Source: Candidatus Stahliibacteriota bacterium (lineage in GTDB: Bacteria; Hydrothermota; UBA3072). Taken from it: a DNA stretch of 55,422 nucleotides. The stretch is taken from positions 1 to 55,422 of the forward strand of contig SOIB01000086.1 in assembly GCA_004377355.1 (NCBI GenBank), in the 5' to 3' direction. Each line of letters begins with the position of its first letter. The stretch's first letter is position 1. A program made the translations under genes and the position numbers. Positions 36,959 through 48,500 of this stretch are shown here, in pieces. The notes beneath the pieces were generated by a model. That model made no database searches. It saw only the letters and a program-made list of their open reading frames with translations, and was not told the origin of the DNA.

Positions 36959-37137
36959 TATACCTCCTCGTTAAGAGATTTTATTTATAAATTATATACG
37001 ATTATAAATTAATATGTCAAGTCGAAACATCCAATCTCATAGTAACCAAATAACGTAGTTAATAGACCAAAATTTATAATTATTTTGATTTTTCCTCTTG
37101 ATTTATATGATTTTATAATTAAATATTTAAGTATAAA

Positions 37138-38142
37138 ATGAACAATATGCGTATAGGAATAGTAGGTGCAGGAAACTGGGGTACATCTATTGCTATATAT
37201 CTTGAAAAGGAAGGTCGAACTCCAGTTCTTTATGAATATTTTCCTGAGAGGGTGGAACGTTTACGTAATGAAAGGGAAAATAAAGAATTTCTTCCAGGAT
37301 ATAATATATCAGAGAATATACTCATTACAAATGAACCAGAAGAAATTGTAGAAGATTCTGATGTAATATTTTTTATCCAACCCAGTCATACCTTAAAAAA
37401 TGTTGTCTCACTTTTTAGCGAATATATAAAAGATGAAATCATTGTGAGTTTTGCTAAAGGTATTGATCCTGAGACTTTACAGTGTATGTCTGATATACTG
37501 GAAGAAGAACTTTCTTTTCAGAAGGATAAGATAGTTGTAGTTTCTGGGCCATCAATAGCTAGAGAAGTAGTCCGCGGTGTGCCTACTACTTTGGTTGCTG
37601 CATCAAAGGATATTAAAAGAGCTGAAATTGTACAGAATCTACTTTCTGGGAGTAGAATGAGAATTTATACATCTCTTGATATAGTTGGTGTGGAGTTAGG
37701 TGGTGCTTTAAAGAATGTTTATGCTATTGCTTCAGGTATATGTGACGGTATGAACCTTGGTATGAATACTAAAGCAGCACTCTTAACAAGGTCTATGGCG
37801 GAACTTTCAAGACTTGGGATTATGATGGGTGGTGAGAAGCAAACATTTGCAGGACTTTCAGGTTTTGGGGATCTTATAGTGACTTCTTTCAGTCCACATT
37901 CAAGGAACAGAACGGTTGGAGAAAGATTAGGCAAAGGAGAGAGTTTAAAGAATATTCTTGATGATATGATAGAGGTAGCCGAAGGTGTTCGTACAACAAA
38001 ATCTACCGTTAGACTTTCAGTTGAATATAATATAGAGATGCCTGTAGCAAGAGAGGTATTTAACGTCCTGTTTGAAGGTAAAAGCCCAAGAGATTCAATT
38101 TTAGATTTAATGCAAAGGGGACTAAAAATGGAGAAAAGGTGA
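37138..38142 (+). CDS. gpsA: NAD(P)H-dependent glycerol-3-phosphate dehydrogenase
   Basis: IGIVGAGNWGTSIA, GPSIAREV and LKNVYAIASG are the family blocks. Confidence 0.9.
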   Translation: MNNMRIGIVGAGNWGTSIAIYLEKEGRTPVLYEYFPERVERLRNERENKEFLPGYNISENILITNEPEEIVEDSDVIFFIQPSHTLKNVVSLFSEYIKDEIIVSFAKGIDPETLQCMSDILEEELSFQKDKIVVVSGPSIAREVVRGVPTTLVAASKDIKRAEIVQNLLSGSRMRIYTSLDIVGVELGGALKNVYAIASGICDGMNLGMNTKAALLTRSMAELSRLGIMMGGEKQTFAGLSGFGDLIVTSFSPHSRNRTVGERLGKGESLKNILDDMIEVAEGVRTTKSTVRLSVEYNIEMPVAREVFNVLFEGKSPRDSILDLMQRGLKMEKR

Positions 38143-38146
38143 CAAA

Positions 38147-38434
38147 GTGAGAAAAATATATTATACAATCGGAGAAGTGTCAGAACTTCTTGGAGAAAAG
38201 CAATCGACTCTCAGATACTGGGAGAAGGAATTTAAATTGTTAACTCCCAGGAGAAGCTCGGGAGGTCGACGACTTTATACAGAACAAGATATTAATTTAC
38301 TTAAAAAAATCCAGTATTTCCTTCATGAGGCAAAATACTCTATTGAGGGAGCGAGAAGGTGCTTTAATAAAAAATCCACTGAGTCAAATATATTAGAAAG
38401 ACTGGAGAATATAAAAAGAATATTAGAGGAATGA
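38147..38434 (+). CDS. MerR-family HTH transcriptional regulator (short)
   Basis: 95 aa. YTIGEVSELLGEKQSTLRYWEKEF...GGRRLYTEQDI is a MerR N-terminal HTH. GTG start after an AAAGGTGA SD. Confidence 0.75.
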   Translation: MRKIYYTIGEVSELLGEKQSTLRYWEKEFKLLTPRRSSGGRRLYTEQDINLLKKIQYFLHEAKYSIEGARRCFNKKSTESNILERLENIKRILEE

Positions 38435-39996
38435 TGCTTAAGGTAAAAAATGCCCTTATATCTGTGTATGATAAAGAGGGAATAGTTGGATTTGCAAAGG
38501 AGTTATGCAATTTTGGCGTGAAAATAATTGCAACATCAGGTACTGCTTCCACACTTTCAAAAAATGATATTAAAGTTGTGACCATCGAAGATGTTTTTAA
38601 AGTTTCAGAATTACTCGATGGAAGGGTGAAGACCTTACAACAAAACATTTTTGCGTCAATACTTGCAGATAGAAGTAAAGAGAAACATATTTCCCAGTTA
38701 GAAGAATTAAATCTAGTACCTATTGAACTAGTTGTAGTAAACCTCTATCCCTTTGAACGTGGTCTTGCTGAAGGTAGGGAAGAAGAGGATATGATAGAGT
38801 TAATAGATATAGGGGGTGTTTCTCTCCTAAGGGCTGCAGCTAAGAATTATAAGTATTGTATACCCCTTTATTCCCCTTCTCAATATGATGAGTTCCTCCA
38901 GGAGTTGAGTTCTAATGATGGAGAAGTTTCTCTTCAATATCGTAGGAGACAGTCTATGAAAATATTTGAGAATATTTTCAGGTATGATGAAATTATTTCA
39001 AAATATTTTTCTCTTGAATTTAGGGAAGTCAAAGAAGAAATGTTTCCTGAAATCTTAACGCTGGAGTTAAAGAAAGTAATGGATCTTAGATATGGGGAGA
39101 ATCCTCATCAGAAGAGCGCACTATACAGAGACACAACAGATGTAAAAAATCTCATTGGTTCAGATATATTATCCGGGAAACCAATGTCCTACAACAATTG
39201 GATGGATGCTGATACTGCTGTCTCAGTTTTATGCGAGTTTGATATGGCAGCTTGCACAATATTAAAGCATGCAGCCCCTTGTGGTGTTGGAACTGGAGAG
39301 AATATGTATGATGCTTTTAACAGAGCCTATATTACTGACCCGATTTCTTCTTTTGGTGGAATAGTTGCAGCAAATAGAGAAATTGATTTAAATACTGCAA
39401 GGGATATTATTACTTCTTTCTTTGAAGTGATTATTGCACCATCTTATGAGGAGGAAGCATTAAAAATTCTAAAGACTAAGAAAAATATACGTATAATAAG
39501 AGTAGACCCGAACATTTTTTCAATATCTTCATCATTACGATGCTATCCGCTTAAAGGAGGGCTGTTACTCCAAGAGAGTGATAGTGCATTAGTAAGTGTT
39601 GATGACTGGGAAATCGTTAGTGATGTTAAACCAACTGAAAAAGAGATTAAGGCATTAGACTTTGCCTGGAAAGTAGTGAAATGGGTGAAATCAAACGGGA
39701 TTGTTATTGCTATTGAGAACAGAACAATTGGTATAGGAACAGGCCAACCTTCAAGGGTGGACTCTGTGGAACTGGCTATAAAGAAAGCAGGTAGCCAGGG
39801 TCACCATACAGGGGGAACTGCTCTTGCGTCAGACGGATTCTTTCCATTTAGAGACTCAGTAGATACAGCTGCAGAAGCTGGTGTTACAGCAATTGTAGAA
39901 CCAGGGGGTTCAATAAGGGATCAGGAAGTGATTGATGCAGCCAATGAGCACGGGATAGCTCTTCTTTTCACTAAAATGAGACATTTCAGACACTGA
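38431..39996 (+). CDS. purH: bifunctional AICAR transformylase / IMP cyclohydrolase
   Basis: 521 aa with an MGS-like N-terminal domain (ALISVYDKEGIV...ATSGTA) and an AICARFT domain. The C-terminus is RHFRH. Confidence 0.92.
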   Translation: MMLKVKNALISVYDKEGIVGFAKELCNFGVKIIATSGTASTLSKNDIKVVTIEDVFKVSELLDGRVKTLQQNIFASILADRSKEKHISQLEELNLVPIELVVVNLYPFERGLAEGREEEDMIELIDIGGVSLLRAAAKNYKYCIPLYSPSQYDEFLQELSSNDGEVSLQYRRRQSMKIFENIFRYDEIISKYFSLEFREVKEEMFPEILTLELKKVMDLRYGENPHQKSALYRDTTDVKNLIGSDILSGKPMSYNNWMDADTAVSVLCEFDMAACTILKHAAPCGVGTGENMYDAFNRAYITDPISSFGGIVAANREIDLNTARDIITSFFEVIIAPSYEEEALKILKTKKNIRIIRVDPNIFSISSSLRCYPLKGGLLLQESDSALVSVDDWEIVSDVKPTEKEIKALDFAWKVVKWVKSNGIVIAIENRTIGIGTGQPSRVDSVELAIKKAGSQGHHTGGTALASDGFFPFRDSVDTAAEAGVTAIVEPGGSIRDQEVIDAANEHGIALLFTKMRHFRH

Positions 39997-40005
39997 TAAA
40001 CTAAA

Positions 40006-40101
40006 GGGTTCAAGGGTTCAAGGTGTCAAGGGTTCGAGTGAAAATTTCAAAATGCTAAATCTATAATCTATATAGCTAAATCCTGAATCCCAAATCCTAA
40101 C
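40006..40101. repeat. two short-period arrays: GGGTTCAA-type x4 (40006-40040) and NNAAATC-type (40054-40101)
   Basis: The sequence reads GGGTTCAA GGGTTCAA GGTGTCAA GGGTTCGA, then GCTAAATC TATAATC .. GCTAAATC CTGAATC CCAAATC. Confidence 0.85.
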
Positions 40102-40609
40102 TATTTTCTTCTAATACTCCTATAAAGGGGAGGTTACGGAAGCGTTCCTCAAAGTCTAAGCCATATCCAATTACGAATTTATCTGGAATTTTAAAACCAA
40201 CATAGGCCGGTGTTATATTAACTTCTCTCTCCTTCTCTTTTTGGAGAAGTACACATATTGATATATCTTTAGCTCCTTTTCTATTAACATTATCTATGAG
40301 CAAATCAAGGGTATTTCCTGTATCGAGTATATCATCTACTAGGATAACATGTCTGTCTTTTATATCTGTTTCTATCTCTCGCTCAAGAATTAACATTCTG
40401 GGTTTTCGTTTTCCATGGTAAAAAGAAATAACTACAAAATCAAGCTCCATGGTAAGATTTATATTTCTGAGTAAGTCGGGTAAGAAGAATAAAACCCCTT
40501 TTAAAACCCCAATGAACACTGGAACTGTTCCACGATAGTCAGTGGTTATCTCTGCACCTAATTCTTTGAGCCTTTTCTTAATTTGTTCTTCAGTTATCAG
40601 CTTTTTCAT
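40097..40609 (-). CDS. hpt: hypoxanthine phosphoribosyltransferase
   Basis: Has the PRPP-binding motif VILVDDILDTGNT. ATG 40609 (MKKLITEEQI) is preferred over the track start at 40657. Confidence 0.88.
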   Translation of the reverse strand: MKKLITEEQIKKRLKELGAEITTDYRGTVPVFIGVLKGVLFFLPDLLRNINLTMELDFVVISFYHGKRKPRMLILEREIETDIKDRHVILVDDILDTGNTLDLLIDNVNRKGAKDISICVLLQKEKEREVNITPAYVGFKIPDKFVIGYGLDFEERFRNLPFIGVLEENS

Positions 40610-41744
40610 TTGCAAGTGCGTATAGGAGAGCAGCCCCCATGGGTAAGGCATCCTCATCTATTATGAAATGGGGAGTATGGAGTTTTGAATATATTCCTTT
40701 TTTCTTATTCGCTCCTCCAATAAAAGCAAAGGATCCTGGGATTTTTTCTAGATAGTATGCAAAATCTTCACCGCCCATTACAGGGTCATCCATTATTTCT
40801 ACGTTTTTAAATATCCCTTGGGCAATACAGGTTAACTTTTTTGTTTTTTTCTCATCATTTTTTAGGATGGGATATCCGCGTTTATATAAGAGTTCATATT
40901 CAATACCATATGAAAGACTGATACCCTTTAAAATATCATCAATCCACTGGGGGATATTCTGCCAGGATTCTTTATCAATGGTTCTAACCGTCCCTTTCAG
41001 TCTTACATTAATTGGAATTATGTTGTAAGTACTTCCTCCATGGATTGAGCAGATGGAAATCACAACGGGTTTTGTGGGCTCAGACTTCCTTGATACCAAT
41101 CCTTGAATTTCATTTATGAATAAAGATGTTGCATATATCACGTCGTTCGTCTTATGAGGTTCTGCAGCATGACCTCCAGTTCCTGTGATTTTTATATCCA
41201 TTTCATCTGGTGCTGCCATCATTACTCCAGATCTTATTGATAAACTACCAATTTCAATTTCCGGATCTATATGGATGCCAAATATTTCAGAAACCCCTTC
41301 AAGCACACCTTCTTCAATCATACCCTTTGCTCCTCCGGGCGTTCTTTCTTCCGATGGTTGAAATAGTAATCGTACAGGTCGCTCTACTGGATTCAGAGTA
41401 AGTAGCTTTGCGCAACCGAGTAGCATTGCTATATGCGTATCGTGTCCGCAGGCATGCATAACTCCATTATTAATGGACTTAAATGGGAGTTCGTTTTCTT
41501 CATTAATAGGTAGTGCATCCATATCTGCTCGAAGCCCAATTTTATTATTACCCTTTCCGATATCAACAATTATTCCGGTTTTATTTATTTTAATCGGTTT
41601 TAATCCGAGGGATTTAAGTTCATCTGAGATAAAATTATGGGTCCATTTTTCTTCAAATGCTAATTCGGGATGTTTATGCAGTTCTCTTCGGATTCTGATT
41701 ATATAGTTTTTTATTGAAAGAGCTTTTCTAAGGATTTTATTCAT
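40590..41744 (-). CDS. M20D family amidohydrolase (N-acyl-amino-acid/hippurate hydrolase-like)
   Basis: 384 aa. MHACGHDTH and the FQPSEE block are typical of the family. Confidence 0.85.
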   Translation of the reverse strand: MNKILRKALSIKNYIIRIRRELHKHPELAFEEKWTHNFISDELKSLGLKPIKINKTGIIVDIGKGNNKIGLRADMDALPINEENELPFKSINNGVMHACGHDTHIAMLLGCAKLLTLNPVERPVRLLFQPSEERTPGGAKGMIEEGVLEGVSEIFGIHIDPEIEIGSLSIRSGVMMAAPDEMDIKITGTGGHAAEPHKTNDVIYATSLFINEIQGLVSRKSEPTKPVVISICSIHGGSTYNIIPINVRLKGTVRTIDKESWQNIPQWIDDILKGISLSYGIEYELLYKRGYPILKNDEKKTKKLTCIAQGIFKNVEIMDDPVMGGEDFAYYLEKIPGSFAFIGGANKKKGIYSKLHTPHFIIDEDALPMGAALLYALANEKADN

Positions 41745-41909
41745 TAAAATATATTATAATTGCTACTTCTTATATTGCAAGGGGTTAATAAAATATATAC
41801 GCTTGACTTTTATTATGTCGAGATAATAATTAGGTGTGATTTAACAAATATTCGAAAACAGATATTATTATTTAGATGTATTAAGAAAAGATGAACGAAG
41901 GAGAAAATA

Positions 41910-42254
41910 ATGGATAAGATGATTGCCTATTGTGGAATAATTTGTACAGAATGCCCTGCATTTCTGGCAACCCAGAAAGATGATGATGAAGAAAGAAAGA
42001 AGGTGGCAGAAATGTGGTCAAAGGAATTTAATTCCGATATAAGGTTAGAGGATATCAACTGTGGCGGATGTTTAGAAGATGAGGGACTACTTTTCAATTA
42101 TTGCAGGGAATGTCCAATAAGGAAGTGCGGTAAGGAAAAGGGGGTTCTGAATTGTGCTTATTGTGATGATTATGCTTGCGAGGAGTTAAATAAATTTCTT
42201 GAAGGTGTGCCAGATGCAAAGCGCACCCTCGAAGAAATCAGGAAAAGTCTTTAG
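41910..42254 (+). CDS. Cys-rich DUF3795 domain protein
   Basis: 114 aa. The IAYCGIICTECPAF start and further CxxC pairs fit DUF3795. Confidence 0.6.
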   Translation: MDKMIAYCGIICTECPAFLATQKDDDEERKKVAEMWSKEFNSDIRLEDINCGGCLEDEGLLFNYCRECPIRKCGKEKGVLNCAYCDDYACEELNKFLEGVPDAKRTLEEIRKSL

Positions 42255-42694
42255 TTACTTTTTCACGCAAAGTACGCAAAGATAACTAATTTTAAAACAA
42301 AGATAAGGAAAATAATAAGAATTATAAAGAAAGAGTTTTGAATACGTATAGCAATATTACTATTTAGATTTTTATTTTTAATTGGGATGGAAGTATAGAT
42401 ATGAAAAAAGAGATGGATATTCTTAAAATGAATAAATCGGAAAGGTTTTGCTCACCTTAATGCGAATCGAGTAACTTTAATCGTTGTCGGTATTGTATAG
42501 ATCAGCATGATAGTTGAACAGCTAATAAGAGGTAATAGGCCCTGGTTTTTAATATCCATTGTCCCAATATTTGCACTAATCCGATTCTTTGCTTACATAT
42601 ATTACAGGAAAATGGTGAAAAGATAAATGATTTTGATTATTATTTTATTTTTGTGATATAATTTATTAGCTCTGAATGAATTAAATAAGTTTTT

Positions 42695-45547
42695 TCAACA
42701 GACTGGGCAAATTAGATCAAAGGGACAATATTTGCAGTAATTATCATCAGAATTATCAGGAGTAAATGGTTTATTGGGATTCGTTATCTCTTTTAGAATA
42801 TACCTTAATCCATTTATAAAGATTTCCATATTGGTGTTATCAATAATATTCTTTTCAAAAGGGTTTCTTAGGTTGAAAAATTGGGCTCTTATGCTATTCG
42901 TATCTATACCCGTCCCTTTTGAATATAGGTATATATAAATAGGGAGCTGTAAGCTTTTCATTCTGTCTCTAATTAATTCTCTACTTTCAGCAAATTCAGG
43001 TGATTGCTCATCAATTGGTTTCTTTATGAGTCCTGTTTTATAGTCGATTATATAATACTTTCCTTCTATTTCTTCGACCTTATCTATCCATCCCTTGATT
43101 TTAAATTTTTGTTCATCAACTTCTATTACCGTTGTTATCTTTTCTTCAAGACCCCTTATATAAATATCATTTTCTTTTATTCTTTCTATTTCATACCGGA
43201 TGAATCTTTCAAGAGTCTTTTTTATAATCTCCCTTGTGATTATACTTCCTCCGTTTTCTTTAAATTTATCTTTAAGCGTTTTTGTTAAGGTTTCCATAAA
43301 ATTTTTTTTATTTATTTCAATCTTACAATTAAGGAATTGACTGTAATAATCCTTTAAAAATTCGTGAACGAAGATTCCTATTGTGCTTCGTTCAATATCT
43401 TCTTCAATTTCTTCCCATTCTTTTAAATGGAGGGCATACCGGTAGTAGAACTTAAGGGGACATTGAATATATGTATCAATGGCAGTTGAATGATACTCCA
43501 ACTTCTCTTTTAGATAGGTAATAATTTTTTCATTTTTAGGGAATTCCCTGTAATCTTTGACAGTTTCCACTTTGAATACTGACTTTAACGGTTTTATCTT
43601 TTCTCCCTTCTTCTCTTTATCCCAGAGTATCCTTTCAACAAACCTTGATCTGATGTTTTCGTCAGTTGATTCCAACTTACCCTGTTTATATAGAAGATGG
43701 ACATCCTTAGCTCCTTGTATAAGCCTATAGAAGTTATGGGCATAAATAGATTCTTTTTCAGTATATCCTGGAATCCCTATGTCATTTCTAAAATGCTGTG
43801 GTAGAAGTGGGTCGTATTTTTCAACGCCTGGAATTATACCCTCATTCACATCAAGAATTATAACTCTATCAAAGTTAAGATTTCTACTTTCTAAAAGGCC
43901 CATAATCTGGATTCCTTTCAATGGTTCTCCACTGAAAGGAATTGTTGTATTATTCAAGTAATTCTGTAAAAACTTCAAAAGTTGAACTGGACTATTGAAA
44001 TCCTCACTTATTGAAAATAGTGAGAACTGAATTTCTTCGAGTCTCCTGAATAATGTCCAAAGGAATTGGTTTGAGAGGGGATATTTTTCCACTTGCGAAT
44101 TTTTATATAAAAACTCAAGGCATTCTTTTAATATCTTGGCTCCTTTATATGGTATTATTACATCTTCAAATTTCCGTATAAATAGTTCATGAAGTTTCTT
44201 AAGCCTGTCTATAATTTCTTGTAAGTTTTTTTTATTCCCAAAGATTCTTATTAACCCACTATTTTTTCTTAATAGCTCTTCAAATTCAAACAGACTGAAG
44301 AAAGTCTTTAGTTCCTCTCTATTCTTTTGGATGATTAAATTCTCCAATGTGTTCACCAGATCACTAAACTCATAATCGCCATTGATAATATTCAGGGTTT
44401 TAATATAGGGATGTCTGATAAAATTAAGATAATCTGGTGCATAATATTGATATTCTCCATTCTTTTTATCTTTTGTGAATTGCAGAGAAAAAATATATTT
44501 TATAATGTTTGATAATGAAGTTCTTCTGAATGGATATCCCATTGTTATATTAAAATCATTGTTGTAAGCAGAAACAATTAAGTTTAAAAGAGGTATTAAA
44601 GGAGAGGGTTCTGGGAGAATGATGGCAAAATCATCAATATTTCCAGGGTTATTAAAAATACTTTCAACATTTAAAACCTCAGAGTGAGTGTCAAAGCTCT
44701 GATAAAATTTTATGGTGGGTTCTCCTTTCCTATCTTGTGATAATTTCTCAAACTCAACACCCCATTTTCTTTTCCATTTCTGGTGGAAATAGTATGGAGA
44801 TGTTTTGGGAATCTCCTTAAAAACTTCATCTATCTCATCAGTCTGAATAACTATATCTGCTTTATTATTTTTAAAGAGATATTTCATTATCTTTTCTTCT
44901 GAGGTATTCAATGCATAAAACCCTGAAAATATTATTTTTTCAAAAGGTATTAGAGGCTCTATCTCATCGATATGCTCACTGACATACCTGTATATTTCAC
45001 CTCTGTATGTGAGGTTGTTCTTCCTCAATAAGGTATGAAATTTTTCCTTAATAGTTCTAAATTTCCTCAAGAAATTCCTCGCCCATTCTATTATATTATC
45101 GTCATAAAGAGCTAGTTTTTCTATACTGGTTTCATGACCCCATTCTATCTCTATTTCTTCCATTGCTTTTAGTATTTTAATGCCCCATTCGACAAAAATA
45201 TCTATTGATTCTGTTATCTTCTCGAAACCTTTGTATGCTTCATCTTTATTTGTTCTTATTGCTTTATATAAGAGATAGATTAAGTCAATTTCGCACTCAG
45301 GAATCTGTTCAGAACGCTTAAGTCCAAACAGAAACTCCATGAATTCATCGATTGAAAACCCTTGAGGTGGGATGAAAGGCAATTCTAACTTTTCATTTAG
45401 TGATTTCATAAGGAAAATGGAAGGTCGTTTCCCCGGGAATACTATGCATATTTTAAAGAGATCACGTTCCTCTCTTAAGCTGAGGACATAATCAGTTAAG
45501 GAATCTATAAAATTACTTTTAAAAGGCACAACCTGTATCTTATTCAA
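42695..45547 (-). CDS. addB: AddB-like helicase-nuclease subunit (degenerate helicase N-terminus, PD-(D/E)XK nuclease with Fe-S ligands)
   Basis: 950 aa. The C-terminus has GWIDKVEE..YIIDYKTG, and the Cys ligands are QCPLKF plus CKYCPFDLIC (C-x2-C-x5-C). There is no intact Walker A (VFPGKRPS). It overlaps addA by 8 nt. Confidence 0.75.
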   Translation of the reverse strand: MNKIQVVPFKSNFIDSLTDYVLSLREERDLFKICIVFPGKRPSIFLMKSLNEKLELPFIPPQGFSIDEFMEFLFGLKRSEQIPECEIDLIYLLYKAIRTNKDEAYKGFEKITESIDIFVEWGIKILKAMEEIEIEWGHETSIEKLALYDDNIIEWARNFLRKFRTIKEKFHTLLRKNNLTYRGEIYRYVSEHIDEIEPLIPFEKIIFSGFYALNTSEEKIMKYLFKNNKADIVIQTDEIDEVFKEIPKTSPYYFHQKWKRKWGVEFEKLSQDRKGEPTIKFYQSFDTHSEVLNVESIFNNPGNIDDFAIILPEPSPLIPLLNLIVSAYNNDFNITMGYPFRRTSLSNIIKYIFSLQFTKDKKNGEYQYYAPDYLNFIRHPYIKTLNIINGDYEFSDLVNTLENLIIQKNREELKTFFSLFEFEELLRKNSGLIRIFGNKKNLQEIIDRLKKLHELFIRKFEDVIIPYKGAKILKECLEFLYKNSQVEKYPLSNQFLWTLFRRLEEIQFSLFSISEDFNSPVQLLKFLQNYLNNTTIPFSGEPLKGIQIMGLLESRNLNFDRVIILDVNEGIIPGVEKYDPLLPQHFRNDIGIPGYTEKESIYAHNFYRLIQGAKDVHLLYKQGKLESTDENIRSRFVERILWDKEKKGEKIKPLKSVFKVETVKDYREFPKNEKIITYLKEKLEYHSTAIDTYIQCPLKFYYRYALHLKEWEEIEEDIERSTIGIFVHEFLKDYYSQFLNCKIEINKKNFMETLTKTLKDKFKENGGSIITREIIKKTLERFIRYEIERIKENDIYIRGLEEKITTVIEVDEQKFKIKGWIDKVEEIEGKYYIIDYKTGLIKKPIDEQSPEFAESRELIRDRMKSLQLPIYIYLYSKGTGIDTNSIRAQFFNLRNPFEKNIIDNTNMEIFINGLRYILKEITNPNKPFTPDNSDDNYCKYCPFDLICPVC

Positions 45548-48500
45548 TCTTGACCACCTCTCTTGTGCTCAACTGTATTATATATGATTCTATGTTTCTC
45601 CCGGGAAAGTAATCCATAAGAATGCCTTTATAGGTTTCGATTTGTTTCTTATAGCTCGATACTGGCTCATCCCCTGTTTTGTAATCAATTAAAGTTATCA
45701 TATCCTTTTTGAAAACAACCCTGTCAAATCGGTGGAGATTTCCATTTCTGTCGACCATTTCCTTCTCTTTCCACACATTAAGCCCCGGTGTAAACCACTC
45801 TTTAATATCCTCAAGTTCAAATAATTTTCTGATTATGCTATTTGTCTTTTCCTTAAAGATTTTTCTTTCCATAGGTAATACTATTTCATTTAGAGAACGA
45901 TCTATAATATTTTCAATATCTGCCATATCATCAATATCCCTGATGTAGTAAAGTACTCTGTGAGCTATATCTCCCAGTTTTAATGCTTCTTTTCTCTTTT
46001 TATTTATAATAGAATCGATATCATTTCTTTTTAGAATCAGTCTACTTTCAATCTCACTAATACTTTCTTTCCCTGCTGTTTTTATTTGAAGGAATTCAAT
46101 GTCCTCTTTAATGCCTGTGCCCTTTTCTGGTATTCCATAACTTTTTTCTTCCTCTTCAATAAAATCTTTTAGAATTAATTGCCATCCTTTACTGTAGTTA
46201 CTACTGATTTCATCAGGAATGAATATATGAAGTTCTTTCTCTGCCCTTGTCATGGCAACGTAAAGATTGTTTACTTCTTCAAAGGAGTTATCTCTTTCTC
46301 TTTTTTCTATAGCATTTTCTATTCTTTTTGACAATTCAGGATCATTCTCGGGAAGTAATTCCTTCTTATCCAATTTTCCAATTCTTTTTATACCTTCATA
46401 CTCTACGACAAACTCGTTCCTTCTCTTAGCTTTTTCCCATGTACTAAAATAGAGAAAAGGTAAAATAACAACAGGAAATTCAAGCCCTTTTGCACAATGA
46501 ATTGTCATTACTCTAACAGCTTCAGCGCTCTCCGGGAGAAGAATTGAGGGAGGATTTACTGAAGACTCAATACGTTCCCATTCATTCATCATTAGTTCAA
46601 TTGAGGTGATTGATTTTTTTTCAAGATTATGAACGAATTCTAAAAAACCTTCAAGGAAGGGATTTGATTGGGGAAAATTTTCAGGAATCTTGAAGGTTTT
46701 AATAACTTCGTTAATGAGGTCGTATAAAGGAAGGAACCCAACGTTTCTAAAAAACTTCTGAATATAATGTTCCCATATTATGTTGTATTCTTCTCTAAAG
46801 AGCACATATAAATAATTGTGAGGTTGAAATTTTTTATCAAAAGATTTTCCTTCAACCCAACGCTGCATCTCTTTAAAAGACTTTTTTGTTTCTTTTGTGA
46901 AAAACGGAGATGTAACGAAGCCAAAAAACGCCAAATCATCAATTGGATGCTGCAGGAATTTTAGAAAGGAAATAAGCCCCTTTATGTTTGTATTACTGGA
47001 CAAATAAAGACTTTCATTTGAGATTACAGAGATATTTTCGGTTGTTAAACAATCGACAACAGACTTTCCCTGTTTGTTTGTCCGAACAAGTATGGATATC
47101 TCATTATTAGCAAATCGTTTCTTTATCTTATGAATCGTATTTATTAATTCAGTTTTTATAGCTTTCTCTAAATCTTCTTTATTTTTGGAATCGGTTTTTA
47201 TCTTTTTCAAAGATATATAACCTTTGAAATTATTAATCTGGGGATAGTGTTCCTGTTTAACATTCTTTTCAATATAATAATTTGCTTTTTCTCCCATTTT
47301 TTCTTTCATGACATCAGGAAGATTCGAAAATACCTCATTATTAAATCTCACTATTTCAGAACCACTCCTATAGTTTATATCTACGACTTCATTTATTTTA
47401 TCTCTCGCATCGACACATGAGAAACTGCTGAATGCTTCGTCAAATAGTTCGACATCTCCACCTCTCCATTGATATATTGCCTGTTTTGGATCTCCTACAA
47501 AGAAAAAACTACCACCTTCTGAGAGGCTATTTTCTATAAGAGGTTCTAGATTTTTCCACTGACTCCTACTTGTATCCTGGAATTCATCTATAAGGAAATG
47601 GTCATATCTTTCGCCTATTCTGTAATAAATAAAAGGTATATCAAATTCATAAAACAGGCTCTTCAATTCTGAATTTATATCTTCAATGAATCTTATTCTT
47701 TCCTCTCTTTTTATTTCTTCCAGTATTTCCTTATAATCATGGTATATATGAATATGATAATTATGGTTCCTGAATATCTTATGAACATAGTATTTGAAAA
47801 CGATATTCTTTAACTTATTAAATAAATTACAAAACGAATCTTTGTTTAGTGTTGCATTCTTTTTTAAAATACTATCACAATCCCTTTTAATATAAGCACT
47901 ATTCAGGATTTCGTTTATATTTGTCGTTCCTTTTTTGAGTTTTTTAAAGAAGTTTTTATGTATATCCTGTTTTACTCCTTGTAATTTAAGTATTTCTGTT
48001 ATAGTATCTTTGGCTCTTCTACGCAATTTTATCATTATCATGTCTGTTTCACTAGCTTCGTGGCTGGGAAGTGGAAAGACTTGATTCAACTTATTCTCAT
48101 ATTCTTCAATCTCTTGCATCCCGTTCATTATTATATCTTTAAATCCCCAGTATGTTTTCCCTTTGTGTTCTATCATAGAGATTAGAAATTCCGTTATTAA
48201 TTTCTGCAGTTTTTTATTATCTTTTACATCCTCAATTAATTTTGAAATAGCATACTCTTTATAATACCGAGTTTCAAATATAAGTTCTGTTTGTGGTGAT
48301 AGTCCAAGTTCTATAGAAAATACTTTTACCAACTTATTAATAAAACTATCAATTGTTTTAACTGAGAAATCACTGAAATTGTAAAGAATCCATTCAACCA
48401 GTTTCTTAGAATGTTTATTTTCCGCGACCAACGCATCTTCTTTTAAAAGGGTAAGTATTCTCTCCTTCATCTCTGTTGCTGCTTTATTGGTGAAAGTAAT

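Noticed and set aside
37719-38168. Long antisense ORFs inside well-supported genes (37719-38168, 25936-26322, 50111-50473, 20267-20593, 17012-17299 and similar)
   Set aside because: Each lies entirely opposite a gene with clear family motifs. They have low-complexity Ser/Leu/Phe-rich translations and lack SDs. These are shadow ORFs typical of AT-rich genomes.
42264-42281. ACGCAAAG-containing repeats considered as a c-di-GMP-I (GEMM) riboswitch fragment
   Set aside because: Only the short GCAAAG-like string is shared. The paired P1a/P1b helices and the tetraloop-receptor arrangement are absent, and the same word is part of the dispersed TTTGCG repeat family.
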